Source: Candidatus Zambryskiibacteriota bacterium | GTDB lineage: Bacteria > Patescibacteriota > Minisyncoccia > Phycocordibacterales > DATGWK01 | Reading direction: 5' to 3' | DNA: 37,717 nucleotides | NCBI GenBank assembly: GCA_023264565.1 | Contig: JAHFLV010000006.1 | Span: forward strand, 1-37,717 | Shown: piece by piece, positions 15,239-22,693 of the stretch | Layout: each line of letters starts with the position of its first letter | How positions within the stretch are numbered: the first letter of the stretch is position 1 | Program-made: the position numbers and the translations under genes | The notes under the pieces: generated by a model | The model's database searches: none | Told to the model about the DNA's origin: nothing | Seen by the model: the letters and a program-made list of their open reading frames with translations, nothing else

Positions 15239-15856
15239 TTAGATATACAAACCGGTTAATAGAACAAAAAACTTGGCGATGATTGGTGAAACGGCACCCC
15301 AGAAAAAGAAAACAAAGAATAAAACAATAAAAATTCCATAACGCTCAAGAAAAACTCGGCCTTTATTCCAGCCAATGTTAAAAATAGAGAAAAAGATTTT
15401 TGAACCATCGAGTGGCGGGATTGGGATGAGGTTGAAAGTCGCAAGAACGATATTGATCAAGACGATATAACTCGTAATTTTCAGAATATTCGCATTCTCA
15501 ATAAAACCAGTTGAAATACCGAAGCGGATGAGACCACCAAAAACGATTGCGATGACAATATTAGAAAGCGGGCCAGCAAAAGCCACGATCGCCTCACCCC
15601 AACGCTGATTACGAAGATTGTAGACATTATATGGAACTGGTTTTGCCCAACCGATCAAAAAACCCGAACCCGAGATAAAAAGAAGCAGCGGCAAGATAAT
15701 CGAACCGAATGGATCAATATGCTTTAAAGGATTCATGGTCAAACGACCTTCGAGCCGAGCGGTTGGGTCACCGAGCGAGTCTGCCGCGTACCCATGGGCC
15801 ACTTCATGGATAATGACAGAGAAGACAAGAATGAAGATTTCGAAGATAAAGTCCAT
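15239..15856 (-). CDS. Site-2 protease family (M50) membrane metalloprotease
   Basis: HEVAHG (HExxH) in the first TM helix, multi-pass hydrophobic profile, and NLIPIPPLDG motif. The start at 15856 is preferred because the 15931 start would abut the divergent rpmB ATG; it is uncertain. Confidence 0.8.
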   Translation of the reverse strand: MDFIFEIFILVFSVIIHEVAHGYAADSLGDPTARLEGRLTMNPLKHIDPFGSIILPLLLFISGSGFLIGWAKPVPYNVYNLRNQRWGEAIVAFAGPLSNIVIAIVFGGLIRFGISTGFIENANILKITSYIVLINIVLATFNLIPIPPLDGSKIFFSIFNIGWNKGRVFLERYGIFIVLFFVFFFWGAVSPIIAKFFVLLTGLYI

Positions 15857-15931
15857 AAAAATATGCAATGTCTGCTTGATTAATTTGATACCTATGATAG
15901 CATGCTTGTCACGACTCAATAGAGTAAACAT

Positions 15932-16174
15932 ATGGCAAAAATCTGCCCAGTTACAAAAAAAGGTTCAATGGTAGGAGGTGGCTTCAGTAACCGAACTCGA
16001 GCTACGCAGTTTAACCCTACCGGAAAAACTCGCCGCTACCCTAACCTCCAGAAGCGCCGCATCTACATTCCTGAACTCAAAAAACACGTCCGAGTTACTC
16101 TTTCAGCTCGAGGTATCCGAACCGTCAACAAGCAAGGTTCTCTCAAGGCTCTCCGAACCGCAGGCGTTATTTAA
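15932..16174 (+). CDS. rpmB: 50S ribosomal protein L28
   Basis: 80 aa; MAKICPVTKKGSMVGGGFSN..R..NLQ...VRVTLSARGIRT pattern of L28. Confidence 0.9.
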   Translation: MAKICPVTKKGSMVGGGFSNRTRATQFNPTGKTRRYPNLQKRRIYIPELKKHVRVTLSARGIRTVNKQGSLKALRTAGVI

Positions 16175-16223
16175 ATACAGCAGCCGATCGAGCACATGGC
16201 TCAAAATGCGCAACGACACGAAA

Positions 16224-16246
16224 GCTCCCTTCTGGGGAGTTTTTTG
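16224..16246 (+). terminator. Intrinsic terminator after rpmB
   Basis: CTCCC-TTCT-GGGAG hairpin followed by TTTTTTG. Confidence 0.6.
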
Positions 16247-16332
16247 TTGTCTTTGAACTGATAAAATAGACCGAGAAAATTACAGAGTACCGCAATAAAA
16301 GAATTGAGAGTGGAACAGAAAGGAGGAAAAAA

Positions 16333-16665
16333 TTGGCGAGATATTACACACGTGGAAGTTGGTGCAAATACTTTGGCGGACTAGGAATTATCGAATGCCA
16401 CGGAATTGATGACGAAAGAATGCCCGTGCACACTGTGTGTGGCGGAGAACTTATCGAAATCATCAACAGACGAACAGTCTGGACGGATGGCATCGGTCAA
16501 AGTCCAGCGGAAACGGGTGAAATAGTCGAGGTCGCAATTATTCTTTGTACTATATGCGACAGAAGAGTTCGGCTAGTCGACGATCTACAATCAATCTTCA
16601 GATCACAATTTTTTCTAACTGAACTTCCAGTCTGCATCCCTACCCGACGTCCGATCACGTCCTAA
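16333..16665 (+). CDS. Hypothetical 110-aa protein (TTG start)
   Basis: AAAGGAGG lies 6 nt upstream of the TTG at 16333. Several Cys/His (CKY..ECHG, VCGG, CTIC). Hairpin terminator directly downstream. Confidence 0.55.
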   Translation: MARYYTRGSWCKYFGGLGIIECHGIDDERMPVHTVCGGELIEIINRRTVWTDGIGQSPAETGEIVEVAIILCTICDRRVRLVDDLQSIFRSQFFLTELPVCIPTRRPITS

Positions 16666-16666
16666 G

Positions 16667-16704
16667 CCCCATAACAGAATTGTCTGTGTGGGGTGTTTTT
16701 ATTT
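16667..16704 (+). terminator. Intrinsic terminator after the 110-aa ORF
   Basis: CCCCATA(A)CAGA / TCTGTGTGGGG stem with one bulge, followed by TGTTTTTATTT. Confidence 0.55.
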
Positions 16705-16717
16705 AAAAGGCACACTC

Positions 16718-17596
16718 TCATTCAACTCGCGTAAATTTTTTCCCATCGCTTTTCATAATAATCGTGCCAAGCTGATCGGTACGAAAAAGTTTCAAAGGAA
16801 ATTTGGCGAGGGTCGCTAATGTTTCATCATTTGGATGACCATATTTATTTTCTTTGCCGCAAGAAATCACGGCGTATTGAGGATTCACCATTTTTACAAA
16901 CTCTTCGCTCGACGAAGTTTTCGATCCGTGATGCCCCGCTTTTAAAATATCACTTTCGAGTCGCAAGAACTGCGGCGTGCTGCTGTCAGTAATACTAAGC
17001 AGATGATTTTCTACACCAATCGGCGCGTCGCCCGTAAGCATGACTTCGGTTTCACCATACGTAAGACGCGCAACGATCGAACCATCGTTCGTAGTTTCCA
17101 TAGACACATCGCGGTCCGGAAATAAAACAGTCAGGATAACTTCCCTGCCCGGTGTATCATCCAAAATTATTTTCATACCACGTCGAGCCAGCGTTTTTGG
17201 AATTTCTTTTTCTTTAATTAATTCTTGAAGCGTTGTATGAGTCAGTGTTTTGCTTTGTGTTCCCGGTTCCAACACGCTTCCAACATCGAATCGTTTTAAA
17301 ATATCAATAAAGCCAGCAATGTGGTCCTTGTCGGGATTCGTAATAACGATCATGTCGAGGGATTTGTCGTACCACGGCATGACAGCACCTAATTCATGGA
17401 GCACTTTGGCATCGGGCCCGCCATCCACCAGGATCTGATTACCGTTCGGGGCCTCAATAAAAATTGCATCACCCTGACCGATATCGAGAAAAGCCACGGT
17501 GAGCTCGTGCCGAGCTGATTCAAGATACACTGCATGCCAAATCGCGCCGTTTGTTACGGCAAGCAATGTCATCAGGCCAATAAAAAACTTTTTCAT
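16718..17596 (-). CDS. Membrane-anchored metallo-beta-lactamase fold protein (ComEC C-terminal-domain type)
   Basis: N-terminal anchor MKKFFIGLMTLLAV. LDIGQGDAIFIE, NPDKDHIAGF and AGHHGSKTSSS motifs as in the ComEC/Rec2 MBL domain. Confidence 0.8.
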   Translation of the reverse strand: MKKFFIGLMTLLAVTNGAIWHAVYLESARHELTVAFLDIGQGDAIFIEAPNGNQILVDGGPDAKVLHELGAVMPWYDKSLDMIVITNPDKDHIAGFIDILKRFDVGSVLEPGTQSKTLTHTTLQELIKEKEIPKTLARRGMKIILDDTPGREVILTVLFPDRDVSMETTNDGSIVARLTYGETEVMLTGDAPIGVENHLLSITDSSTPQFLRLESDILKAGHHGSKTSSSEEFVKMVNPQYAVISCGKENKYGHPNDETLATLAKFPLKLFRTDQLGTIIMKSDGKKFTRVE

Positions 17597-17641
17597 GACA
17601 GTTTTTCTTGCTTTTTACAGGCGTGATATACTCGGTGCATT

Positions 17642-18262
17642 ATGTATAAATACACAGAACAAAAGTTTAGTATTCCGGAGTTAAAAGGAATCTCAAAAAA
17701 GGCTATAGAAGAACACGTAAAGCTCTACGCGGGCTATGTTAAAAATGCGAATTTAATTAACGAAAAAATTGTCGAGTACAAAACCGACAGCGAAAAAAAT
17801 GCGTATGCGCTCGGTGAACTTCAGCGCCGTTTTTCTTTTGAATTCAACGGCATGCGCAATCATGAATATTATTTCAAAAGTCTCGAAGGTGGCGCGCAGG
17901 CGCTCGGCACCAACAGCCCACTTCGTGCTCAGATTGAAAAAGATTTTGCAGATTTTGCCACAAATGGCATGAGCGCATTCGACGGCTGGCTTGCATCTTT
18001 CAAGGCCATCGCCCTTACCCGCGGCATCGGCTGGGCAATGCTGTACTACGATCAGCACACAGGCACACTCACCCACGCTTGGGTTGATGAGCAACATTTG
18101 GGTCAGTTGAACGGTCTTCAGCTCGTGCTTGGTCTCGATATGTGGGAACACTCTTTCCTCTTCGATTATGTGCCTGCTGACAAGAAAAAATACGTTGAAG
18201 CCTTTTTCGAAAACCTCAACTGGTCAGTAATCGAAAAGAATTTTGTTGAGGCAACAAAATAA
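17642..18262 (+). CDS. Fe/Mn-family superoxide dismutase (divergent)
   Basis: 206 aa; N-terminal His (IEEH), NGMRNHEYYF and LGLDMWEHSF motifs match the four SOD metal-ligand positions. Confidence 0.75.
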   Translation: MYKYTEQKFSIPELKGISKKAIEEHVKLYAGYVKNANLINEKIVEYKTDSEKNAYALGELQRRFSFEFNGMRNHEYYFKSLEGGAQALGTNSPLRAQIEKDFADFATNGMSAFDGWLASFKAIALTRGIGWAMLYYDQHTGTLTHAWVDEQHLGQLNGLQLVLGLDMWEHSFLFDYVPADKKKYVEAFFENLNWSVIEKNFVEATK

Positions 18263-18295
18263 TCAGGAGCGATTAAAAAATTAAAAAAACAAAAG

Positions 18296-18324
18296 CCGCC
18301 ACGAAAACCTCGGGCGGTTTTTTG
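18296..18324 (+). terminator. Terminator after the SOD gene
   Basis: CCGCC/GGCGG stem with a 12-nt loop followed by TTTTTTG. Confidence 0.45.
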
Positions 18325-18343
18325 TTGCCTAAATTTCACAAAA

Positions 18344-18367
18344 GAAAAACCCCGCGAATGCGCGGGG
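18344..18367 (-). terminator. Intrinsic terminator of the 313-aa secreted-protein gene
   Basis: CCCCGCG/CGCGGGG 7-bp stem, 4-nt loop, U5 on the minus strand. Confidence 0.7.
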
Positions 18368-18390
18368 TTTTGGGGGTATTTGAAAAATGC

Positions 18391-19332
18391 TCACCAGAAC
18401 CAGCCCATGAGCCCATATCCCACCTCATCACACCAGTCGTTGAGAGTTTTCTGTGGACTGGCGCCGGGGTTGATAGGATCGAGCGGCCACTTGAAGAAGG
18501 GCGGCACCTCGGGAAACACGGTGATGTTGTATATCCGTGTCCGGTCACCATCGCCGGAGATTGTTGTATCCCAACGTTCGGGAAGAAAGGTGTCAGTGTT
18601 GATGTAGAGATACTGAGAGACAGCGTCGCCGCCCGCTCGAATAAAACTGACATCGAACACATAGCACCCATGACCGCGCAAAGCTGCACGCCGCTCCTCG
18701 ACGGGGTTACGAACTCCTCCGGTGATCTTCTCTAAGAACACTTCCACCATGTCCGTGCTCGACTTGTATGCGGGCACATTTGCTGAAGGCTCTCCGAGCC
18801 AACTCAGTGTCAGCGTCGAGAGCGAGCAGTCCAATTCTGAACTGCCATGGAAGCTATACGGGCCGAATGACGTGTCGCTTTTGTAGTAATAGAACTTGCC
18901 GTTGTCCGCAGAACGATACTCGGACACATCACCGTCCATACCACCAACAAGCGAAATGGCCATGATGAGTTTGTCGCCTTCGTAGACCCGAGAATGCATC
19001 ATGCCTGGTGCCATGTAGCAAACTGACTTGATCGTCACGGGCTCCTCGAAAGTCCTCCAGCCGTCCCTCAAGCCGGGAAAACCGGACGTGATAACAGACT
19101 CGAGCTTGAGAAACTTGATCCCCGAACGGAGCTTATCCCGAACGCGATCTGCGATATCAGTGTTCGAGAGCTCCTTTGAGGCTTCTGTCTTGGGAACCAG
19201 ATCGGTCTTTTCCGATTTCTCTGGATTTGCCATCACCACGGGATTGGGTTCAAATCGAGCCACCACGAGCGACTCACCCGTCTGCTTTGGGACCACACAG
19301 AACATCAAAACAAATGCGATGAAGAACTTCAT
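18391..19332 (-). CDS. Secreted 313-aa protein (hypothetical), GC-rich island
   Basis: Signal peptide MKFFIAFVLMFCVV. GAAGGGAG RBS. TTGACA-17-TACTTT promoter and a 7-bp GC hairpin terminator. No family recognised. Confidence 0.65.
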   Translation of the reverse strand: MKFFIAFVLMFCVVPKQTGESLVVARFEPNPVVMANPEKSEKTDLVPKTEASKELSNTDIADRVRDKLRSGIKFLKLESVITSGFPGLRDGWRTFEEPVTIKSVCYMAPGMMHSRVYEGDKLIMAISLVGGMDGDVSEYRSADNGKFYYYKSDTSFGPYSFHGSSELDCSLSTLTLSWLGEPSANVPAYKSSTDMVEVFLEKITGGVRNPVEERRAALRGHGCYVFDVSFIRAGGDAVSQYLYINTDTFLPERWDTTISGDGDRTRIYNITVFPEVPPFFKWPLDPINPGASPQKTLNDWCDEVGYGLMGWFW

Positions 19333-19397
19333 GTGATACTCCCTTCAAAAGAAGCGGTGTTCCAAAAAGTCTGACAAATAACTACGCTCTGTAATAA

Positions 19398-19426
19398 AAA
19401 GTACGCTGTTAAATCACGAATGTCAA
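19398..19426 (-). promoter_or_regulatory. Promoter of the 313-aa secreted-protein gene
   Basis: Minus strand reads TTGACA-17 nt-TACTTT, directly after the upstream terminator. Confidence 0.55.
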
Positions 19427-19431
19427 GCATA

Positions 19432-19455
19432 GAAAAACCCCGCATTTCTGCGGGG
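19432..19455 (-). terminator. Intrinsic terminator of the 223-aa secreted-protein gene
   Basis: CCCCGCA/TGCGGGG 7-bp stem, 4-nt loop, U5 on the minus strand. Confidence 0.7.
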
Positions 19456-19482
19456 TCTGTTGTGTATAAAACGAGTGGAGAC

Positions 19483-20154
19483 TCACTTCATGACGACGAG
19501 TGGCGCCTGTCCCGCGTCGCGCACGATCTTGTTCTGACAGGTGGCGGAGTACGAGCTGTTTTCGTTCTGCTTACAGCTCTTCTGATCTTCACAGTCGCGC
19601 GGACTGCAGGACCTCACATCCACTGACATGTGGGTTCGAATGCACTTGCATTCCGTACCCATCACCTTCCCTGTGTCCACGTTGATAAGCAGGTGAATGG
19701 GGTCGGTGCCGTCCAGGTTCGCATTGTCGATCGTCAGACCAGTGTTGCCCGAAATGCCGAAGTTGAAGACCATCACCTCGCCGGTGGTGGGGCTCATGCC
19801 AACGTAGGAAATGTTCGTATCGGTGTAGCTGGACAGGTCGCTCGTCTCGAGCAACTCGCCGTTCACGAAGACGTACAGGGTGCCGTCGGACCAGTAGTGA
19901 TCCACGTAGTTACCGTGGAAATTGCCGCTGTGAATCCAGGGACCCTCGGTTGTACGAGCGTCGAGCATCTGACTGACCGTGACCCCGGGGATTGCCGGCA
20001 AATCCGGAACCGCCGTCGCTGTGGACTTCATGCTGACCGTCGGCCCGTTGATCGGGGTGACGATCTGGGCCGAAGTCTGTCGGCCGAAAACCGCCGTAAC
20101 CAAAACCGCAATCATGAAAGACGCCAAGGACTGCAAACTGATACGCTTCTTCAT
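19483..20154 (-). CDS. Secreted 223-aa protein with Cys-rich C-terminus (hypothetical), GC-rich island
   Basis: GGAGG RBS. Signal peptide ends TSA|QIVTP, like the two fusA-tuf island paralogues. Beta-rich middle region. C-terminal CKC plus four further Cys. Hairpin terminator. Confidence 0.6.
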   Translation of the reverse strand: MKKRISLQSLASFMIAVLVTAVFGRQTSAQIVTPINGPTVSMKSTATAVPDLPAIPGVTVSQMLDARTTEGPWIHSGNFHGNYVDHYWSDGTLYVFVNGELLETSDLSSYTDTNISYVGMSPTTGEVMVFNFGISGNTGLTIDNANLDGTDPIHLLINVDTGKVMGTECKCIRTHMSVDVRSCSPRDCEDQKSCKQNENSSYSATCQNKIVRDAGQAPLVVMK

Positions 20155-20274
20155 AGGAACCTCCAGTTACCACCATGGCTAGCCCAAACTACACAGCTTG
20201 GGCAAAAAACTAGGAAGGGACTCCGACGAACGCATTAACCTCAATCCTTTTACTTTCTACCTATAGCCTATACC

Positions 20275-21858
20275 TTATGTCTTTTTCGTCAAATTACTCC
20301 ATATAAAAATAATAATTGTAAGTACATAGAAACCGGCCACAATTACAGTTGAAAATCCGCTAAAAGGAATACTTGCGAGTGAAAATTTCGAGAAAAAGTC
20401 GACGACTGCAAGCTCATACGAAAGCAACAGGTGCGCAACGAACGCAAAAGGCATAGCCAAAAATCGCCACACCAAACCCGCGACAGCAGTTAGAAAACTC
20501 AAAAGCATTGTCACAGACACAAGTGGCACCACCAAAATGTTTGTCGGCAAAGAGACAGCAGATACGAATCCTGTCATCCAAGAAAGAATTGGAAATAGAA
20601 AAAGCTGCACAGTAATATTTGAAATGACCAATTCACGAATGCCAAATTTTTCTGGTAACAGATATTTCAGATATTTTGTCAGGTTATGCGCCGAACCCGA
20701 AGAATCGCACACGTTACTCACCCACTTTTCACATTTCGGCACAATTTTAATAACAGCAAACGTCGCCAAAAATGAAAGTTGGAACGAGGGGCTGTGCGAT
20801 AAAATTCCTGGATTTTGAATGAGCATCAGAAATGTCGCAATAAAAAGCCCGCGAGCTGGATCATAACTTCGCATAAACAATCGCGAGATGATCACAATGA
20901 TCGCCATTATCGAAGCACGAACAACAGTCGCCGTGGCACCCGTAACCATAGTAAACGCAATAATTCCCAAACTCGCTGAAAACAAACCGAAAAAACGCGG
21001 CAGAAACGCGAATACCCTACTCAGTGCCTCAGCAACAATAGAAACGTTCGAACCCGACAGCACCACAATGTGCACAATGCCGGTTTTCTGAAATTTTTCT
21101 TGAAGCTCGCCATTGATCGACTGCTTACCATCGATAAGAATGCCGGCCGCAAGCGAACTTTCTGGTTCCGGCAACATGTTTCGAATCGACCCAACAAAGG
21201 CTCGTTTAGCAAAAAATAAGCCAGAAAGAATTCTACTCGGCGGATCGTGGCCAAGCACCGTAACCGAAGCATTTTTTATAAGAAACTTGATATGGTTTGT
21301 ACGCAGGTACCCAACATAGTCGAATTCCCTGCCAGTTTCTGTATAGAAATTTTCTGGCAGACTCACCGTGCCCGTGACTCGCACCACGTCGCCATATGTA
21401 AAATCTTTTGGATTGTCGGTAGTGACGAGGACTTTTATTCCAGAAACTTTCTGTGTTTGCGTAATTTTTTCTTGCGTTTTGGCAGTGGTCCCAGATTGTA
21501 TTTCTTGAACAATTACATTAAGCCGTGTATTAAAATCTCGCTTCTCCTGCTCTTCCCCAATCACGCCAACCATCGAAATTTTTGTATCAACATATTGATC
21601 AATCGGAGTTTTCCGATTATTCAGGACAAGAGCGACGTAACCCCGAAGAAATCCAGCACTAGTAGCAAGCGCAATGACTAGTAAAAGTATCGCGGCAGAT
21701 TTCCTACCTAAGAACAAACATATTGCTGCAGTAAGTAAAAGAATTGCACTAATAGAAATTATTAGTGGGAGATATTCCCTGAAGATTTCATGCGTTACGA
21801 TTCCAGCGCAAAAACTAACCACCAACACATAGAGAATTGATTCCCGTAAATTCACCAA
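20275..21858 (-). CDS. comEC: ComEC/Rec2 DNA-uptake channel (OB/DUF4131-like plus competence membrane domain, no MBL domain)
   Basis: 527 aa, about 10 hydrophobic helices. VSLPENFYTE...FDY..YL OB-like region followed by the polytopic competence domain. TTG/GTG start. Confidence 0.75.
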   Translation of the reverse strand: MVNLRESILYVLVVSFCAGIVTHEIFREYLPLIISISAILLLTAAICLFLGRKSAAILLLVIALATSAGFLRGYVALVLNNRKTPIDQYVDTKISMVGVIGEEQEKRDFNTRLNVIVQEIQSGTTAKTQEKITQTQKVSGIKVLVTTDNPKDFTYGDVVRVTGTVSLPENFYTETGREFDYVGYLRTNHIKFLIKNASVTVLGHDPPSRILSGLFFAKRAFVGSIRNMLPEPESSLAAGILIDGKQSINGELQEKFQKTGIVHIVVLSGSNVSIVAEALSRVFAFLPRFFGLFSASLGIIAFTMVTGATATVVRASIMAIIVIISRLFMRSYDPARGLFIATFLMLIQNPGILSHSPSFQLSFLATFAVIKIVPKCEKWVSNVCDSSGSAHNLTKYLKYLLPEKFGIRELVISNITVQLFLFPILSWMTGFVSAVSLPTNILVVPLVSVTMLLSFLTAVAGLVWRFLAMPFAFVAHLLLSYELAVVDFFSKFSLASIPFSGFSTVIVAGFYVLTIIIFIWSNLTKKT

Positions 21859-21901
21859 CCAACGCTCTCAAAACCCGCTTCAAGAAATAATCAAAACAAT
21901 A

Positions 21902-22681
21902 TTAATACGATCCCTTGGTTTTAAATTGCTGAATAATCGCCTGCTCTTCTTCAGGACTGGTAGCTTTTTTGAAAAACGCTTTTTTACCCCTTACCCGAGC
22001 CTCGCATTCGGCCCATGTTTTATGAGTTTCAACAACACCATCAACCATGCTGACATATGAAAAAGCTTTGGCATTTGATCGACTTTTCGAACTCGACTTT
22101 TCTTTTTTCATTTCTGCATCATGAGAAATATCCAAAATATCAGCACCGATTTTATCTTTATATTCGGTGAGACTGCCACTGAAAAGCTCGCTCGGTTTGC
22201 CAAGCGCGAAACTGGTCGCGATTTTGTCGGCACGCTCGTTTCCAGTAATACCAATATGTCCTGAAAGCAAATGCCAGTGTATTTGTATGCCACTGGTACG
22301 AACACTCGAAAGAGCCGCGGACATTCGCTCCCACAAATCTTTATTCGAAACTTCTTTTTTGCCAGCAGTCATCCAGCCTTTTTGCTCCCAACCAGCGAGC
22401 CATTCTGTCGATCCGCGTAATACATATTTAGAATCGGTGTAGATCAAAACAGTGAAAGGATCGTGCTTACATTTTTCCTCAATAAAAACTAAAGCGGAAA
22501 TAACCGAAAGAAGTTCCATACGATTGTTGGTTGTGTTTGGTTCAAAACCACCAAGTTCGAAAACTTTCGCTGTGGTGTTGGCACTATTCTCAACGGCACC
22601 CTTGAACACAACAACGGCACCCCAGCCACCAGGGCCTGGGTTTCCACGAGATGCGCCGTCTGTAAAAATGATTGCTTCCAT
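21902..22681 (-). CDS. rnhA: Ribonuclease HI with C-terminal hybrid-binding-like domain
   Basis: TDGASRGNPGPGGWG, NNRMEL, YTDS and GNERAD catalytic motifs. The last 55 aa (FSYV..G....W.EC...V.G...A.FKK..S.EE) resemble the RNase H1 HBD/Cauli_VI motif. Confidence 0.85.
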   Translation of the reverse strand: MEAIIFTDGASRGNPGPGGWGAVVVFKGAVENSANTTAKVFELGGFEPNTTNNRMELLSVISALVFIEEKCKHDPFTVLIYTDSKYVLRGSTEWLAGWEQKGWMTAGKKEVSNKDLWERMSAALSSVRTSGIQIHWHLLSGHIGITGNERADKIATSFALGKPSELFSGSLTEYKDKIGADILDISHDAEMKKEKSSSKSRSNAKAFSYVSMVDGVVETHKTWAECEARVRGKKAFFKKATSPEEEQAIIQQFKTKGSY

Positions 22682-22693
22682 ATATTTGTATAC

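Noticed and set aside
15857-15931. Longer start for the M50 protease (MFTLLSRDKH...)
   Set aside because: That ATG would sit back-to-back with the divergent rpmB ATG at 15932, leaving no promoter space. It remains possible, so the uncertainty is noted in the feature.
17597-17641. Extended -10 (TGATATACT) only about 9 nt before the SOD ATG, suggesting a leaderless mRNA. There is a similar TAAAAT 6 nt before the HIT ATG at 24514.
   Set aside because: This is plausible but rests on single hexamers in AT-rich DNA with no good -35. It cannot be supported without TSS data.
19630-20238. 202-aa plus-strand ORF, plus the overlapping 88-aa and 67-aa ORFs in the GC-rich island
   Set aside because: High GC suppresses stop codons in all frames. 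These ORFs are Arg/Gly/Ala-rich and have no RBS or signal peptide. The minus-strand ORF 19483-20154 has an RBS, a signal peptide and a terminator.
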